From positions 1 through 53,642 of the forward strand of contig MQRK01223329.1 in NCBI GenBank assembly GCA_001938485.1: 53,642 nucleotides of DNA. The letters are read 5' to 3'. The position numbers and the translations under genes were made by a program. The DNA is from Girardia tigrina (Eukaryota). Positions 52,186 through 53,642 of the stretch are shown here, piece by piece; the stretch's first letter is position 1; the number at the start of each line of letters is the position of its first letter. The notes beneath the pieces were generated by a model. It made no database searches, was not told where the DNA came from, and saw nothing but the letters and a program-made list of their open reading frames with translations.

Positions 52186-52439
52186 CTGAATAAATTAAGT
52201 ACTTATTTTTAGAAAACATCTATCATGACAGTTAATTTTTTATTGGTTAATAAATATTTGCTAGTATACGTGTATTTATGCGTGTGTACTGACTGGAATA
52301 AATAAAACTCAAAAAATGTATAATTAAAAGTTTAAAATTTCCAAGTAAAAATCTTTGCATAAATCTTTCCGGCTTTTATTTTTATGATTTAATTTATTTA
52401 CAATGGAATCGGTTTAATACGAAATTTTGTGGGAAAAAT

Positions 52440-53454
52440 TTATTCTGCGTTAGTATCTTTTTGTGTTAGTGTATACAAAAGATAACGGTAACTACATAAC
52501 TAATTCAGTGCAATCTATTTCAGAAGAGTACCATCATCTAGAAATAATCAACGTATTAACACATTGTATGTGAAACACGTACTACTGCGTTTGCCGACTA
52601 TTAAGAACACTAATCGAATTTTCAATGCATTTATTGATATCATAATTTGAATTGTCATTAGGACAATTCTCCACAAAACCTTTGTAACTAGTCATCGTTC
52701 TTGATTGATAATCTTTAATACTATTTCAAAACAACTTATTATTCAAACAAATCTAAATTACAATTTAATTTACAAGATCGATTAAAAAATAATTTACAAT
52801 GTAAATTACAAAATAATTTTAATTATTTAAAAATTAGTTTAAATATATTATTTATGATATATTAATTTAATTTTAAAGTTGTATAAATTTTTTAAGTTGA
52901 TATATAATCCGGCGTTTTAAGACATTTAAAATATCACTCTTCCTATCTGGGTGGGATAAATATAATCCTAAAACAACATACAATAAACACCATTCAAAAA
53001 TATTCCTCCCACCGATGATAGATACTTGAGCGCGGATCACGTATTAGTACGGATTAGCATAACAACACAGTTTGTTTGTGGGTACAAAATAACGGTATTT
53101 AGTCGGATTTTCTTGTCTATTACATATATTCTGGAAAAAATAGACAAAAAAACTAATTTTATATCAGTAGATGTGGATCCACAGAACTGAAACATTAATT
53201 AAAAAAATCAATTAAGATTTAAAACAATCTTTTTATGTATCCTCGTCAAACGCCCACTCACGTTACAATTCCACTGCAAAATGTACCCCCACACAATGTG
53301 TCAAGATTAATTGAAATGATTAGTTAAATTCAAAATTTCTATTAAAACAATTTATTTATTATAAACTGGTTCTCATTATTGTCTTCATTTGTGTCTCAAG
53401 ACACCACAACAATTTCACAACGATCATGACAATTTTTAAGGATACAATAAGAAA
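52440..53454 (-). pseudogene. Class A GPCR-like pseudogene (short introns)
   Basis: REWAFDE (ECL1 WxF), acceptor then FCGSTS...FLSIFSRIYVI (TM3 Cys), TVILYP, and a TM6-like NQER*LVTKVLWRIVLMTIQIMISI; stops present. Confidence 0.45.
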
Positions 53455-53642
53455 CTGGAAGTAAATAAAATATATATGTACAAATAATAAATAATACAAA
53501 TTAAATAAGTTCCGAAAAAAAACAATAATTGTAAGATTTGTAAGTATAATTTATAAGATATTTTAATTCTCAACATTTAAATAATTATTGATATTATTAA
53601 ATATATATATCTATATCCATATCCATATTTATAAGAAACGGT

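Noticed and set aside
53090-53186. Acceptor followed by FCGST, resembling a duplicated ALKBH7 exon
   Set aside because: The downstream sequence does not match ALKBH7 and fits a GPCR TM3 better.

Overview
AT-rich eukaryotic (animal) genomic scaffold, not prokaryotic. It has GT-AG spliceosomal introns (many only about 30-80 nt, some kb-long), metazoan gene types (Ig-superfamily receptor, class A GPCR-like fragments, RFX X-boxes) and three 50-N gaps at (TA)n tracts. A compact-intron invertebrate or parasite such as a mesozoan-like lineage is an inference only. Probably functional genes: a 4-exon type I Ig-domain membrane protein (+, 2026-7633); the last two exons of ALKBH7 (-, 52185-52061 and 25271-25079), apparently separated by one intron of about 26.8 kb; and an intronless URI1-like ORF nested antisense in that intron. 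The rest is largely decayed transposons (Tc1 with an intron, at least 5 mariners, pogo/Tigger, MULE, two hATs, piggyBac/Tc1/hAT MITEs, Ty3/gypsy, an R2-like RLE LINE, Penelope, a Helitron-like module) and decayed host-gene copies (SYVN1/HRD1, NTMT1, a class I methyltransferase, GPCR-like and DEG/ENaC-like fragments). The most novel candidate is a spliced, mariner-interrupted gene at about 48.75-51.4 kb whose reconstructed protein has the motif layout of a CRESS-DNA/rolling-circle HUH Rep. It lies downstream of a Helitron-like terminal module carrying RFX X-boxes. All calls come from manual translation and motif recognition; no database searches were run.
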